Numbered from the stretch's first letter, positions 19,203 to 29,434 are shown. The stretch: 64,000 nt of DNA from an uncultured bacterium (GCA_965613025.1 CBFDUE010000001.1:6323-70322); one strand, 5' to 3'. Notes: generated by a model not told the origin, from the sequence alone. Program-made: numbers and translations.

Positions 19203-20311
19203 AAAGGGAGGTATTCCCAAGAATATTGATTGCAGGAGGTGGAACAGGGGGGCACATATTCCCTGCAATAGCAGTAGCGCAGAAGATAAAAGAGAGGATG
19301 GAAAATTCTGAGATCCTATTTGTGATAGGCAAAAAGGATATAGAAAGAGAGATACTTCTAAGATATGGCTTTCCCTTTAAAGTGCTTGATCTAAAGGGCC
19401 TAAAAGGAAGGAATATGATATATCTTCCTTATACACTTCTAAAATTTATCTCTTCCATATTAAAGGCACTATCCATTGTAAGAGGATTCTCACCTCACCT
19501 TGTGCTTGGCATGGGTGGCTATCTATCTGCTCCCATATGTATATCAGCTAAGATGTTAAAAAAGGTGGTGGCATTACAAGAGCAAAACACAATTGCAGGT
19601 GTAACAAATAGATATCTAAGCCATATATCGGATATGGTATTTTGTGGATTTGAAGAGGCAAAGAGATTTTTCCCAAAAGACAAGGTCTATTTTACAGGAA
19701 ATCCGGTAAGAGAGGAGATATTAAAGCTACGTTCAATAGAAAAAGAGGGGCGTGACTTTACCGTACTTGTATTTGGAGGGAGTCAGGGCTCTATTACCAT
19801 AAATAGGGTATTTCTTGAAGCAGTTAAGATATTAAAGGGGAAATCATATATCTTTAATATAATTCATCAGACAGGATTGAGGGATTATCATCTTGTAAAG
19901 AGGGAATATGAGATGATGGGAATTAGAGCAGAAGTCTTTGCCTTTATTGATGATATGGCAGAGGCATATCAAAGATCAGATCTTATAATTAGCAGGGCTG
20001 GTGCTATCAGCGTATCTGAGATATGCGCTATAGGAAGGGCATCAATTCTTATTCCTTATCCCTATGCAGCCGATAATCATCAGAGATATAATGCAGAGAT
20101 CTTAAGATCAGCAGGTGCCTCAATTGTCATAGAAGAAGACGAGTTGGATCCTGAAATTCTTTCATCTCATATAAAACGACTCTTACTTCATAGTAAAATA
20201 AGGGAGCAGATGGCAGAATGTGCGAAGGGGCTTTACAATGTCTATGCATCTGATGAGATTGCGGGCATGATCTCTGATACCATATCACGAATTATCAACA
20301 GGAGTTCTTAG
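19199..20311 (+). CDS. murG: UDP-GlcNAc:lipid I N-acetylglucosaminyltransferase MurG
   Basis: 'AGGGTGGHIFPA', 'GGSQGS' and 'SRAGAISVSE'. Confidence 0.95.
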   Translation: MKREVFPRILIAGGGTGGHIFPAIAVAQKIKERMENSEILFVIGKKDIEREILLRYGFPFKVLDLKGLKGRNMIYLPYTLLKFISSILKALSIVRGFSPHLVLGMGGYLSAPICISAKMLKKVVALQEQNTIAGVTNRYLSHISDMVFCGFEEAKRFFPKDKVYFTGNPVREEILKLRSIEKEGRDFTVLVFGGSQGSITINRVFLEAVKILKGKSYIFNIIHQTGLRDYHLVKREYEMMGIRAEVFAFIDDMAEAYQRSDLIISRAGAISVSEICAIGRASILIPYPYAADNHQRYNAEILRSAGASIVIEEDELDPEILSSHIKRLLLHSKIREQMAECAKGLYNVYASDEIAGMISDTISRIINRSS

Positions 20312-21703
20312 ATGACTAATACCCTATTTAATAGATTAGGTAGGACAAGACATATACACCTTGTGGGGATCGGTGGAATAGGAATGAGCGGAATAGCAGA
20401 ACTACTTTTAAACCTGGGATTCAAGGTAAGTGGATCTGACATAAAACGATCATCCATTACTGAGAGGCTGAGAGCACTTGGTGGAATTATCTTTTATGAA
20501 CATAAAAGGGAAAATATAGAGGGAGCTGATGTGGTAGTTTTTTCATCTGCTATAAAAGAAGATAATCCTGAGCTTTTAGCTGCTAAGGAGCGTTTTATAC
20601 CCATAATTCCAAGGGCTGAGATGCTTGCAGAACTTATGAGATTAAAATTTGGAATAGCAGTTGCAGGTGCTCATGGAAAGACGACTACCACGTGTATGAT
20701 AGGATCTGTGCTTACAAAGGCAGGACTTGATCCTACAGTGGTTGTAGGGGGGAGGCTAAGGCTTTGGGGTGGAGGAAACGCAAGGCTTGGAAAGGGAGAT
20801 ATTATGGTAGCAGAGGCAGATGAAAGTGATGGCTCTTTTATGCTTCTTACCCCTGCCATCTCCATAATAACAAATATAGATAGAGAACATTTGGATCACT
20901 ATGGCCATATGGATAGGTTAAGAGGTGCGTTTGTTGACTTTGCAAATAAGACACCTTTCTATGGTCTAAATGTGCTCTGTTTTGATGATCCAGAAGTTCA
21001 ACATATTATTCCATCTATAAAAAAGAGATATATCACATATGGAACTTCAGGGCAGGCAGAGGTCAAAGCCGTAAATATAAGAACAGATGGTCTGAGGGTT
21101 ATCTTTGACTGTCAATATATGGACATAAGCTGGAAAGATATTTCAGTTGGAATGCCTGGAAGGCATAATGTCTTAAATGCATTAGCCACAATATGTGTGG
21201 CCTTGGAACTCCAGATTCCTTTTGATCATATAAGAGATGGGCTTAAGGATCTGGGAGGTCTGATGAGGCGGTTTCAGATAGTCACAGAAAAGAGAGGGAT
21301 AACAGTTATTGACGATTATGCACATCATCCCACAGAGATTCAAGCAACATTAAGGACAGTAAAGGAATGTTGGCCACATAGAAGGATAATTGTCTGTTTT
21401 CAGCCCCATAGATTTACCAGACTAAAAGATCTATATGAAAGATTTGTGATCAGTTTCAATGATGCAGATATATTGATCCTGACCCCCCTTTATTCTGCTG
21501 GAGAGAGGCCCATAGATGGGGTGGACTCCCAGTGGCTGTATCAAGGCATAAGGGAACATGGACACAGAGAGGTCTATCTTAGCTCTGATATGGAAGAGGC
21601 ATTAAATTTCTTAAAAAAGGCCCTAAATAGAGGAGATATAGTTATTACTTTGGGAGCCGGAGATATCTATAAATTGGGAAGGAGATTATCTGAGGAGATA
21701 TGA
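20312..21703 (+). CDS. murC: UDP-N-acetylmuramate--L-alanine ligase MurC
   Basis: 'GIGGIGMSGIAELL', 'GAHGKTTTT' and 'DDYAHHPTEI'. Confidence 0.96.
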   Translation: MTNTLFNRLGRTRHIHLVGIGGIGMSGIAELLLNLGFKVSGSDIKRSSITERLRALGGIIFYEHKRENIEGADVVVFSSAIKEDNPELLAAKERFIPIIPRAEMLAELMRLKFGIAVAGAHGKTTTTCMIGSVLTKAGLDPTVVVGGRLRLWGGGNARLGKGDIMVAEADESDGSFMLLTPAISIITNIDREHLDHYGHMDRLRGAFVDFANKTPFYGLNVLCFDDPEVQHIIPSIKKRYITYGTSGQAEVKAVNIRTDGLRVIFDCQYMDISWKDISVGMPGRHNVLNALATICVALELQIPFDHIRDGLKDLGGLMRRFQIVTEKRGITVIDDYAHHPTEIQATLRTVKECWPHRRIIVCFQPHRFTRLKDLYERFVISFNDADILILTPLYSAGERPIDGVDSQWLYQGIREHGHREVYLSSDMEEALNFLKKALNRGDIVITLGAGDIYKLGRRLSEEI

Positions 21704-22614
21704 GCTGGCATACAGAAATAGAGGAGATAGTTGGGAAAGAGAATATAATTAGAGAATTTCCGCTTAAAAGGCTCTGCACCATCAAGATGGGTGGTAAGGC
21801 CGATGCCCTTGTATGGATAGATGATCTAAATAGCCTTAAAAGAGTGACAAGATTTTTAAAAGAAAACGAAGTTCCATACTTTGTGATAGGAAATGGAAGT
21901 AATATTCTACCTGTGGATAAAGGATTCAAGGGTGCAATTTTAAAATTAAGGGGCGAGTTTTTAAGATTAGATTTTAGAAGGAATACAATACGTGTAGGCT
22001 CTGCCTTAAAATTAAATGCCCTTTTGAGGGAATGTATAAGATCAGGTAAGGGTGGACTTGAATTCCTGTCTGGCATTCCTGGCTCCATTGGAGGTGCAAT
22101 CAGGATGAATGCGGGAGGTAAGAGTGGGGAGATATGTGAAAGAATTAACAGATTGACCATGTTTTCTCTGCATGAAGATCGAATTATTGAGCTTCAAAGA
22201 GAGGAGATCAGATATGAATATAGGAATATAGGAATACCAAAGGGTTATATCTTTCTTGAGGTAGAACTCCTTGTGGAAAATAGCCCATCGGATTCTATAA
22301 AGAGGAAGATAAGGGATGTATATATAAAAAAGAAGGTGACTCAACCTCTAAATCTACCTTCCTGTGGATGCATCTTTAAAAATCCAGTGGGATATTCAGC
22401 AGGAAGACTAATTGAGCAGGCAGGCCTTAAAGGCATGAGAAGAGGAGATGCAATGATAAGCACACTACATGGAAATTTTATTCTTAACCTTGGAAATGCC
22501 ACCTCATCTGACATTCTATATCTGATAGATCTATGTAGAGCAGAGGTTAAAAAGAGATTTAATATTCAGCTTAATCTTGAAATAGAGATATTGGATCAGA
22601 GGGCTAAGTGGTAA
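21700..22614 (+). CDS. murB: UDP-N-acetylenolpyruvoylglucosamine reductase MurB
   Basis: FAD-binding domain 'TIKMGGKADAL...VIGNGSNIL' and the C-terminal 'SCGCIFKNP' motif. Confidence 0.93.
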   Translation: MSWHTEIEEIVGKENIIREFPLKRLCTIKMGGKADALVWIDDLNSLKRVTRFLKENEVPYFVIGNGSNILPVDKGFKGAILKLRGEFLRLDFRRNTIRVGSALKLNALLRECIRSGKGGLEFLSGIPGSIGGAIRMNAGGKSGEICERINRLTMFSLHEDRIIELQREEIRYEYRNIGIPKGYIFLEVELLVENSPSDSIKRKIRDVYIKKKVTQPLNLPSCGCIFKNPVGYSAGRLIEQAGLKGMRRGDAMISTLHGNFILNLGNATSSDILYLIDLCRAEVKKRFNIQLNLEIEILDQRAKW

Positions 22615-23414
22615 AAAAAGGCAAAAAAAGGGGATATATATTAAAGAGAGGTATATTTAAGGGAGTAAAGTTTTTTTATAATGCAATAGTCAAGAGCATA
22701 ACACTGATGGTCTTAGTCACCATGGCCTCTCTTTTGGCACTCACTATTTACGAATATCTTGTGGTATCAGACTATTTCAAGATTAAAGACATCATCTTAG
22801 AGGGTCTTAATGAGAAAGATCAAAAGAGATTAAATAGCTTCTTAGATACACAATCTAATAGATCCCTTATATCCATTGATATAGAAGGGCTAAAGAAGCT
22901 TTTATCAGAAGATCCCTGGATATACGATATCCATATAAAGAGACAATTTCCTCATACACTAATTATTCAGGCAAAGAGGATGAAACCCGTGGGAATACTC
23001 TTTTTAAAGGAACCATATTATCTTACAGATATAGGCCGTCTTATAAGAGATGTGTCTTTTTCAAAGGGTAGAGACTATCCCATAATAAGCGGTATATCTC
23101 TTGAGGACAGGGATTTAAGAGAAAAGATAGAGGGACTTTTAATGTTACTTAGGGCATTAAATAGATCCTATGAACTGACAGCAGAGAAGGGGATCTCTGA
23201 AATCCATATGGAAGATAATGAAACTGCCATATTATATCCCATCAATATTCCTTTTCCTATTGTGCTGGATATAGGTGAGATTCAAAAGGATATAAGAGAC
23301 CTTGTAACTCTCATAACCTATCTGAAGGAAAACGGCACCTTAGAGGCAGTTCAGTCTATCAGAATGGATTATGGAGATAAGGCAGTGGTTGCATTTAAGG
23401 ATAAGATATTCTGA
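22608..23414 (+). CDS. ftsQ: Cell division protein FtsQ/DivIB
   Basis: Basic N-terminus, one TM (ITLMVLVTMASLLALTIY) and a POTRA-like start 'FKIKDIILEGLNE'. It has a GTG start overlapping the murB stop and sits between murB and ftsA. Confidence 0.8.
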   Translation: MVKKGKKRGYILKRGIFKGVKFFYNAIVKSITLMVLVTMASLLALTIYEYLVVSDYFKIKDIILEGLNEKDQKRLNSFLDTQSNRSLISIDIEGLKKLLSEDPWIYDIHIKRQFPHTLIIQAKRMKPVGILFLKEPYYLTDIGRLIRDVSFSKGRDYPIISGISLEDRDLREKIEGLLMLLRALNRSYELTAEKGISEIHMEDNETAILYPINIPFPIVLDIGEIQKDIRDLVTLITYLKENGTLEAVQSIRMDYGDKAVVAFKDKIF

Positions 23415-23428
23415 AAGAAGGGGGGTAT

Positions 23429-24655
23429 ATGCCTGAGAAGATAATCGCAGGGCTTGATATAGGAACTACAAAGATATGTGCTATGGTCGGCGAGATAAAG
23501 GATGAGGGGATAGAGATAATAGGTGTGGGGACACATCCATCAGAGGGGCTGAGGAAAGGGGTTGTGATAAATATAGAAAAGACAGTGGAGTCCATAAAAA
23601 GGGCGGTGGAAGAGGCAGAATATATGAGTGGGTGCGAGATAAACTCGGTCTATACCGGAATTGCGGGGGGACATATACACAGTTTTAACAGCGAAGGGGT
23701 TATACCTTTAAAAAACAGAGAAGTAACCAGGAAGGATATTGAAAGGGTGATTGAGGCGGCAAGTGCGGTTGCCATACCCACAGATAGGGAGGTGATCCAC
23801 ATTCTCACTCAGGAGTTTGTTGTGGATGGTCAGGACGGTATCTTAGATCCTCTTGGTATGTCTGGAGTTAGATTGGAGGTGAAGGTTCATATTGTAACAG
23901 GTGCGGTATCCTCTGCTCAAAACATTGTAAAATGTGTAAATAGGGCCGGCTTAGATGTCTATGATATCGTGCTTGAGACACTGGCATCCAGTGAGGCCGT
24001 GCTTACAGAGGAGGAAAAGAAGATAGGGGTGGCTTTAATTGATTTTGGTGGTGGAACCACTGATACAGCCGTATTTTCAGGTTCAACCATTAAATATAGC
24101 TCTGTCCTTTCCTTAGGAGGGAATAATATCACCTATGACCTTTCCATTGGACTCAGAACACCCATAAGTGCAGCAGAGAATATAAAGATAAGATATGGTT
24201 GTGCCATGGAAAGCATGATAGGAAAGGAAGATAGGATTCAGGTCCCAGATATAGGTGGGAAGAACTACAGGTCCATTCCCAGATCTGTCTTAGGTGAGAT
24301 AATTGAGCCCAGAGTGGAAGAGATATTCACACTTATATATCAGGATCTCCTAAAAAACCAGGCTAATGAGCACATAAATGCAGGCATAGTTATTACCGGA
24401 GGATCAGCGGAGTTAAGTGGGGTATCTGAGCTTGCTGAAAAGGTATTTGGAAAACCTATAAGAGTGGGCTATCCAAAGGGTCTATCTGGAGATACGGACT
24501 TTATAAATAAGCCCATGTATTCCACTGCTGTGGGGCTGGTATTATATGGTGCAAAAAAGGCAAAAGATGAGAGAAAGAGATTCGGGAAAAAGGAGAAAAA
24601 CATATTTTTTAAGGTAATGGACAGGATGAAGAGATGGTTTCAGGAAATTATATAA
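23429..24655 (+). CDS. ftsA: Cell division protein FtsA
   Basis: Actin-like ATPase motifs 'GLDIGTTKICAMVGE', 'DFGGGTTD' and 'ITGGSAEL'. It has a C-terminal amphipathic tail. Confidence 0.96.
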   Translation: MPEKIIAGLDIGTTKICAMVGEIKDEGIEIIGVGTHPSEGLRKGVVINIEKTVESIKRAVEEAEYMSGCEINSVYTGIAGGHIHSFNSEGVIPLKNREVTRKDIERVIEAASAVAIPTDREVIHILTQEFVVDGQDGILDPLGMSGVRLEVKVHIVTGAVSSAQNIVKCVNRAGLDVYDIVLETLASSEAVLTEEEKKIGVALIDFGGGTTDTAVFSGSTIKYSSVLSLGGNNITYDLSIGLRTPISAAENIKIRYGCAMESMIGKEDRIQVPDIGGKNYRSIPRSVLGEIIEPRVEEIFTLIYQDLLKNQANEHINAGIVITGGSAELSGVSELAEKVFGKPIRVGYPKGLSGDTDFINKPMYSTAVGLVLYGAKKAKDERKRFGKKEKNIFFKVMDRMKRWFQEII

Positions 24656-24678
24656 AAATTTAAATAGGAGGGAGAATT

Positions 24679-25905
24679 ATGAAATTTGAATTTGTTCAAG
24701 AAAGGAATACTTATAAGGCAAGGATAGGAGTTATTGGAATAGGAGGGGCAGGTGGAAATGCGATAAACAATTTGATAAATAGCCAGATTCCTGATGTTAC
24801 ACTTGTTTCTGCAAATACTGATAATCAGGCACTTGAGGCATGCCTCTGTCCCTTTAAGATCCAACTTGGCCCAAATATTACAAGGGGCATGGGAACAGGA
24901 GCCGATCCAGAAAAGGGAAGAAAGGCCGCTGAGGAAAGTGCCTCTGATATAAGAGATGCCCTAAGTGGATTTGACATGGTATTTCTTGCCGCAGGAATGG
25001 GTAAGGGAACAGGAACAGGCGCAAGCCCTGTAATTGCAAGGATATGCAAAGAAGAGGGGGCATTGACTGTGGCAGTGGTTATAAAGCCCTTTGAATTTGA
25101 GGGCCCCACCAAGATGAAAAGGGCAGATGAAGGTATAAACGAGCTTAAAAAAGAGGTAGATACCCTTATTGTTATTCCCAATGAAAGGCTCCTGACCTTA
25201 TCAGATGGAAGGCTATCTCTTACAGAGGCAATGAAGGCAGCTGATAATATCCTGGTAAATGCCATAAGGGGAATATCCGATCTCATCACCCATAATGGAT
25301 TTATAAACTTAGACTTTGCAGATGTAAGAAAGATAATGGAACAGAAAGGGAATACAGTGATAGGGTGTGAAAGGGCAAAAGGTGAAAATCGCTGTAGAGA
25401 AGCGGCTATGAAGGCGATTGAAAATCCTCTCTTAGAAGGAATATCCATAAAGGGTGCAAGGGGGGCCTTGATAAACTTCAGAGGGCCTTCAGATATAAAT
25501 ATGAAGGAATTTCATGAAGCCGCTGCCTTTATTAGAGATCAGGTACACCCTGAAGCAGAGATCCACTATGGAGTAGTGATAGATGAAAATATGAGAGATG
25601 AGGTTCAGGTTACAGTGATTGCAACAGGTATTAATTCCGATACCGCCTCAAAGATTGTCCGTCTTAGAGATGTAACCTCTGAAGAGGCAAATGAACCTTG
25701 GACGGTTAAATTGAATGGAAAGGTTTTGGATGCTGCCCTCTTTAATAGCTTAGATGGAGATGATATGGAAGGTGGACAGATCGCCCATGAAGATGAAAAG
25801 CCAAAGACAAACTTTTTAAAAAGGGTATTTAAGAGGGGAAGTGGAGAAGATCTGGATGTCCCTACCTATATAAGACTTAGAAAGGCGGACAAATTGAGTG
25901 TCTGA
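24679..25905 (+). CDS. ftsZ: Cell division GTPase FtsZ (variant tubulin signature GMGKGTGTG)
   Basis: 'IGVIGIGGAGGNAINNLI', 'NTDNQAL', T7-region 'NLDFADV' and the C-terminal peptide 'DLDVPTYIRL'. In the signature loop, codon 109 (25003-25005, AAG) encodes Lys where FtsZ normally has Gly. Confidence 0.97.
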   Translation: MKFEFVQERNTYKARIGVIGIGGAGGNAINNLINSQIPDVTLVSANTDNQALEACLCPFKIQLGPNITRGMGTGADPEKGRKAAEESASDIRDALSGFDMVFLAAGMGKGTGTGASPVIARICKEEGALTVAVVIKPFEFEGPTKMKRADEGINELKKEVDTLIVIPNERLLTLSDGRLSLTEAMKAADNILVNAIRGISDLITHNGFINLDFADVRKIMEQKGNTVIGCERAKGENRCREAAMKAIENPLLEGISIKGARGALINFRGPSDINMKEFHEAAAFIRDQVHPEAEIHYGVVIDENMRDEVQVTVIATGINSDTASKIVRLRDVTSEEANEPWTVKLNGKVLDAALFNSLDGDDMEGGQIAHEDEKPKTNFLKRVFKRGSGEDLDVPTYIRLRKADKLSV

Positions 25906-27634
25906 TCTAAAAAAGAGCATAAAGGATCGTCTAAGGGTAGAGAAGGGCTTTATAAGAAAAAAGTGGAAAGACAGACTCAGAGTTGCCCTTGTATATCCCA
26001 ATACCTATTGGATTGGGATGTCAAACTTAGGCTTTCAGATCCTTTACCAGATCCTAAATAGCAGAGATGAGATTGTTGCAGAGAGGGCATTTCTGCCCGA
26101 CCCAGGCCCATTAAATATTGAAACTGTCTTAACAATGGAATCCCAGAGTCCTCTAAAAAGATTTCACCTGATAGCCTTTTCCATCTCCTATGAAAATGAC
26201 TATCCCAATCTCTTAAAGATATTGAAGATCTCTCATATTCCTCTTCTTTCATCTGAAAGGGGATCACCCTATCCCCTTATAATGGCTGGAGGAGTGGCCA
26301 CCTTTATCAATCCTGAGCCCATTGCCCCATTTATAGATCTCTTTTATATGGGAGAGGCAGAACCCAGCCTGAATGAGCTTTTAGACATACTCATCTATAA
26401 TTTAACCCAAAAGAGGATTGATAAAGAGGAGCTTCTAAAAGATATTTCAAAAGAGTTAAGATGTGTCTATATCCCGTCTCTTTACAATGTCTATTATGGA
26501 AAGGATGGCTGTATAAAAGCTATGGAACCTGTTGAACCGCACCTTTCCAATAGGGTTGAAGTAGTAAAGACCGCTGCTGAAGACTTCAAAGTTACCCATT
26601 CTACCATATGCACACCCAATACGGAATTTTCAAACAAGACAATTGTAGAGATGGTAAGGGGCTGTGGATGGGGATGTAGATTCTGTGTAGCAGGTTATAT
26701 ATATAGACCTCCAAGGAGACATCCTGAAGACAAGCTCTTAGAGTATATAAGAGAGACCTTAAAAAAGAGAAGGGAGGTAGCACTACTTGGTGCATCCCTT
26801 TCTGAAATTGAAAATTTACCCCTTATTACCCATGAGATATTAAGGCAAAAGGGCAGATTTTCTATATCATCTATAAGGATTGATTCCCTTACTCCTGAGC
26901 TCTTAGAAGATATCTTAAATGCCGGGCAGAGGACAATAACAGTTGCACCTGAGACAGGCTCAGAGAGACTCAGAACCGCAATAAATAAACATCTAAAAGA
27001 CATTCAGATATTTGAAGGTATTGAAAGGATAGCAACAATTGGAAATATATCAATAAAACTCTATTTTATGATAGGACTTCCAGAAGAGACCTGGGAGGAT
27101 CTGGAATCCATCGTCACCTTGATAAAAAAGATACGCCACCATATGATTAAGAGATCCAAAAAGAGGGGCACAATAGGAACGATCAAATGCAGCATAAACT
27201 GCTTCATCCCAAAACCATTTACACCACTTCAATGGGCCCCCCTTGAAGATGTGGAAATCTTAAAGCAGAAGCAGAGATGGCTTAAAAGGGCCTTATCAAA
27301 GATTGGAGGTGTAAGAGTGACATTTGATGTCCCCAAATGGGCATATATTCAGGCACTTCTTTCCCTTGGAGATAGAAGGGTAGCCCATATATTACTCAGA
27401 GTTATTGAAGATTCCCTAAGCTGGAAAGATGCCTTAAGGGGAAGCCCTATAAATCCCGATTTTTTTGTGTATAGAGAAAGGAATCTGGAAGAGATCTTAC
27501 CTTGGGATTTTTTAGATCATGGAATTAAAAAGGGTTTTTTAATAGAGGAATTCAGACTCTATAAAGTGGCAAAGGAAAGCCCACCCTGTTTACCTTCTAA
27601 AAGGTGTACCAGATGCGGTATCTGTAGCCTGTAA
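25898..27634 (+). CDS. Radical SAM protein with B12-binding-like N-domain (TIGR03960-like)
   Basis: 578 aa with N-terminal 'RVALVYPNTYWIGMSNLGFQILYQILN', the radical-SAM triad 'CGWGCRFC' (CxxxCxxC), C-terminal 'ALLSLGDRRVAHILL' and a terminal Cys cluster 'CLPSKRCTRCGIC'. The GTG start overlaps the ftsZ stop by 8 nt. Confidence 0.85.
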   Translation: MSDLKKSIKDRLRVEKGFIRKKWKDRLRVALVYPNTYWIGMSNLGFQILYQILNSRDEIVAERAFLPDPGPLNIETVLTMESQSPLKRFHLIAFSISYENDYPNLLKILKISHIPLLSSERGSPYPLIMAGGVATFINPEPIAPFIDLFYMGEAEPSLNELLDILIYNLTQKRIDKEELLKDISKELRCVYIPSLYNVYYGKDGCIKAMEPVEPHLSNRVEVVKTAAEDFKVTHSTICTPNTEFSNKTIVEMVRGCGWGCRFCVAGYIYRPPRRHPEDKLLEYIRETLKKRREVALLGASLSEIENLPLITHEILRQKGRFSISSIRIDSLTPELLEDILNAGQRTITVAPETGSERLRTAINKHLKDIQIFEGIERIATIGNISIKLYFMIGLPEETWEDLESIVTLIKKIRHHMIKRSKKRGTIGTIKCSINCFIPKPFTPLQWAPLEDVEILKQKQRWLKRALSKIGGVRVTFDVPKWAYIQALLSLGDRRVAHILLRVIEDSLSWKDALRGSPINPDFFVYRERNLEEILPWDFLDHGIKKGFLIEEFRLYKVAKESPPCLPSKRCTRCGICSL

Positions 27635-27636
27635 TC

Positions 27637-28296
27637 TTATATTGAAGGATCTCTTATCCCAATTGCATCTTGTATCCTATATCTTTCTATCATTCCTTCT
27701 CTGAGTATCTTTGGTGGGGATACAGTAATATCTATAATCGTTGAAGGCCTTAAGACAGTAGCTCTTTCACCTCTAATTATTAGATCAACCCTATCTCCGA
27801 ATACTTCCAACACATCCCTTGCATCTCTACATTCCCTCTCTCCACTTATATTGGCACTGGTTGCAGTAATAGGCACTTTACAAAGCTCGGCAAGCCTTTT
27901 ACATATGGGATTTGATGATATCCTGATTCCGATCTTTTGAGTTTTAGATACAAGTATGGGCGGAATAAGGGATGAGGCATAAAATATGATTGTAAGAGGT
28001 CCTGGCCAGAATCTCTCTATTAATATCTCACCTTCCTTAGGGATTTCCCTTACATATCTATTTAAAGAAGATAACGAATCAATTATTACAGGTATGGGCC
28101 GATCCTTTGACCTCTCTTTTATCCTGTAGAGTCTTTCAATTGCAGACCCATCCAATGCATTTACCCCAAGTGCATAGAATGTCTCTGTAGGATATGCAAT
28201 TACTTTACCTGAAAGGATCGCCTCCTTTGCGGCTAAGAGTTTGTCCTCTGATATTTCCCCCTTTTCAATATCTATGATAAGAGGCCTTTTCATCAA
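27637..28296 (-). CDS. tsaC: L-threonylcarbamoyladenylate synthase (TsaC/YrdC-domain)
   Basis: '[16 protein letters not shown]', '[13 protein letters not shown]', 'WPGPLTII' and 'TATSANISG'. The likely ATG at 28293 overlaps the purE stop. Confidence 0.9.
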   Translation of the reverse strand: MMKRPLIIDIEKGEISEDKLLAAKEAILSGKVIAYPTETFYALGVNALDGSAIERLYRIKERSKDRPIPVIIDSLSSLNRYVREIPKEGEILIERFWPGPLTIIFYASSLIPPILVSKTQKIGIRISSNPICKRLAELCKVPITATSANISGERECRDARDVLEVFGDRVDLIIRGERATVLRPSTIIDITVSPPKILREGMIERYRIQDAIGIRDPSI

Positions 28297-28778
28297 TTAC
28301 TCTGGGTGGATCTTCCTCTATACCTTTCCATATAGTCTTTGAGTCTGGAAACTATCTCTGGATACTTTAGGGAAAGGATTCGGGCTGCAAGAATAGCGGC
28401 ATTTTTTGCCCCACCTTTCCCGATTGCAACTGTTGCAACTGGAACAGGTGGAGGCATCTGTAAGGTTGAAAGAAGTGCATCCACTCCACTTAAGGGAGAG
28501 GAATCAATGGGAACCCCTATAACAGGAAGAAGGGTCTGGGATGCAATAAAACCGCTTAGATGTGCTGCCCAGCCCGCACCTGCAATTATAACCTCTATGC
28601 CCTTCTCTGATGCACTCCTTGCATATTCCATTGTCTCTTCAGGACTCCTATGTGCGGAGAGGATCTTTGTCTCATATGGGATCTTAAGTTCATCCAACAC
28701 CTTCATACATTCATTCATGATAACAAGATCCGATTTGCTTCCCATTATAACAGCGACCTTGATGTCATTCATATTCAT
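28293..28778 (-). CDS. purE: 5-(carboxyamino)imidazole ribonucleotide mutase PurE
   Basis: '[11 protein letters not shown]', 'SAHRSPE', '[13 protein letters not shown]' and 'VIGVPI'. No purK is adjacent. Confidence 0.95.
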   Translation of the reverse strand: MNMNDIKVAVIMGSKSDLVIMNECMKVLDELKIPYETKILSAHRSPEETMEYARSASEKGIEVIIAGAGWAAHLSGFIASQTLLPVIGVPIDSSPLSGVDALLSTLQMPPPVPVATVAIGKGGAKNAAILAARILSLKYPEIVSRLKDYMERYRGRSTQSN

Positions 28779-29434
28779 CTGACCTCCTTCCCCTCTAAAT
28801 ATCTCCTCAACTCACCTACTGCAGGAAAGACTATCATCTGAGAAAGCCATGCGATATCCTCTGCAGAAAGAATTTGAGAGATGTTTTCATCAAATAGGAT
28901 ATTTCCCTCAGGTGGAAATTCCTCATCCCCCTTCCACATTACCAAAAGGACCCTTATAAGGGGGAGAGGAGAGATCTTGATACTTACATCACCCAGATCT
29001 AAGGCCTCTCCAGCGTAAAGGGAGCTAATAACAGGAATAAGAAGATCTGGATCTTTCCCAAATGCATCCACTAATGGATCTTTTGCCCTTTTATTAAATG
29101 CATCTAAATAGAATCTTCCATCTGGTATATCTTTAAAGGAGATCCAGTTATTAGTAAGCTCTCTTTGCCCTGCTTCCATACATCCATTTATGTAGTGTAG
29201 TATCAAGATGCTTTCCTGTATGGGAAGTTCTCTTCCCCCCTCTACATATTCCATATGGAATTCAGGCCATTGTATCTCTACATCCCGATTTAGCCATCTG
29301 ATCTTAAATATAATATTGGACTCCTTCTCTTCTATATCCATCCCTGCATATCTACATATGAGGTGAGGATTTCTATCCTTAAGTCTCTCTTTACCCAGCC
29401 TGAGTGCCATCTTATAGTCGTCAATTCTTGGCAT
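28775..29434 (-). CDS. Hypothetical protein, DUF3786-like
   Basis: 219-aa ORF with an RBS GGAGGTCAA and an ATGA overlap with purE. The N-terminal pattern ('[29 protein letters not shown]...') resembles DUF3786 as I recall it, which is a tentative family call. Confidence 0.6.
   Translation of the reverse strand: MPRIDDYKMALRLGKERLKDRNPHLICRYAGMDIEEKESNIIFKIRWLNRDVEIQWPEFHMEYVEGGRELPIQESILILHYINGCMEAGQRELTNNWISFKDIPDGRFYLDAFNKRAKDPLVDAFGKDPDLLIPVISSLYAGEALDLGDVSIKISPLPLIRVLLVMWKGDEEFPPEGNILFDENISQILSAEDIAWLSQMIVFPAVGELRRYLEGKEVR

Noticed and set aside
24825-25448. 207-aa ORF antisense to ftsZ
   Set aside because: It lies entirely within the strongly supported ftsZ CDS. Its low-complexity S/P/A-rich translation is typical of the reverse frame of Gly/Ala-rich genes, and it has no RBS or recognisable motif.
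28339-28782. 147-aa ORF covering the whole of purE on the opposite strand
   Set aside because: PurE motifs are unambiguous on the minus strand. The plus-strand product is a mirror-frame artefact (A/G/P-rich) with no start context.
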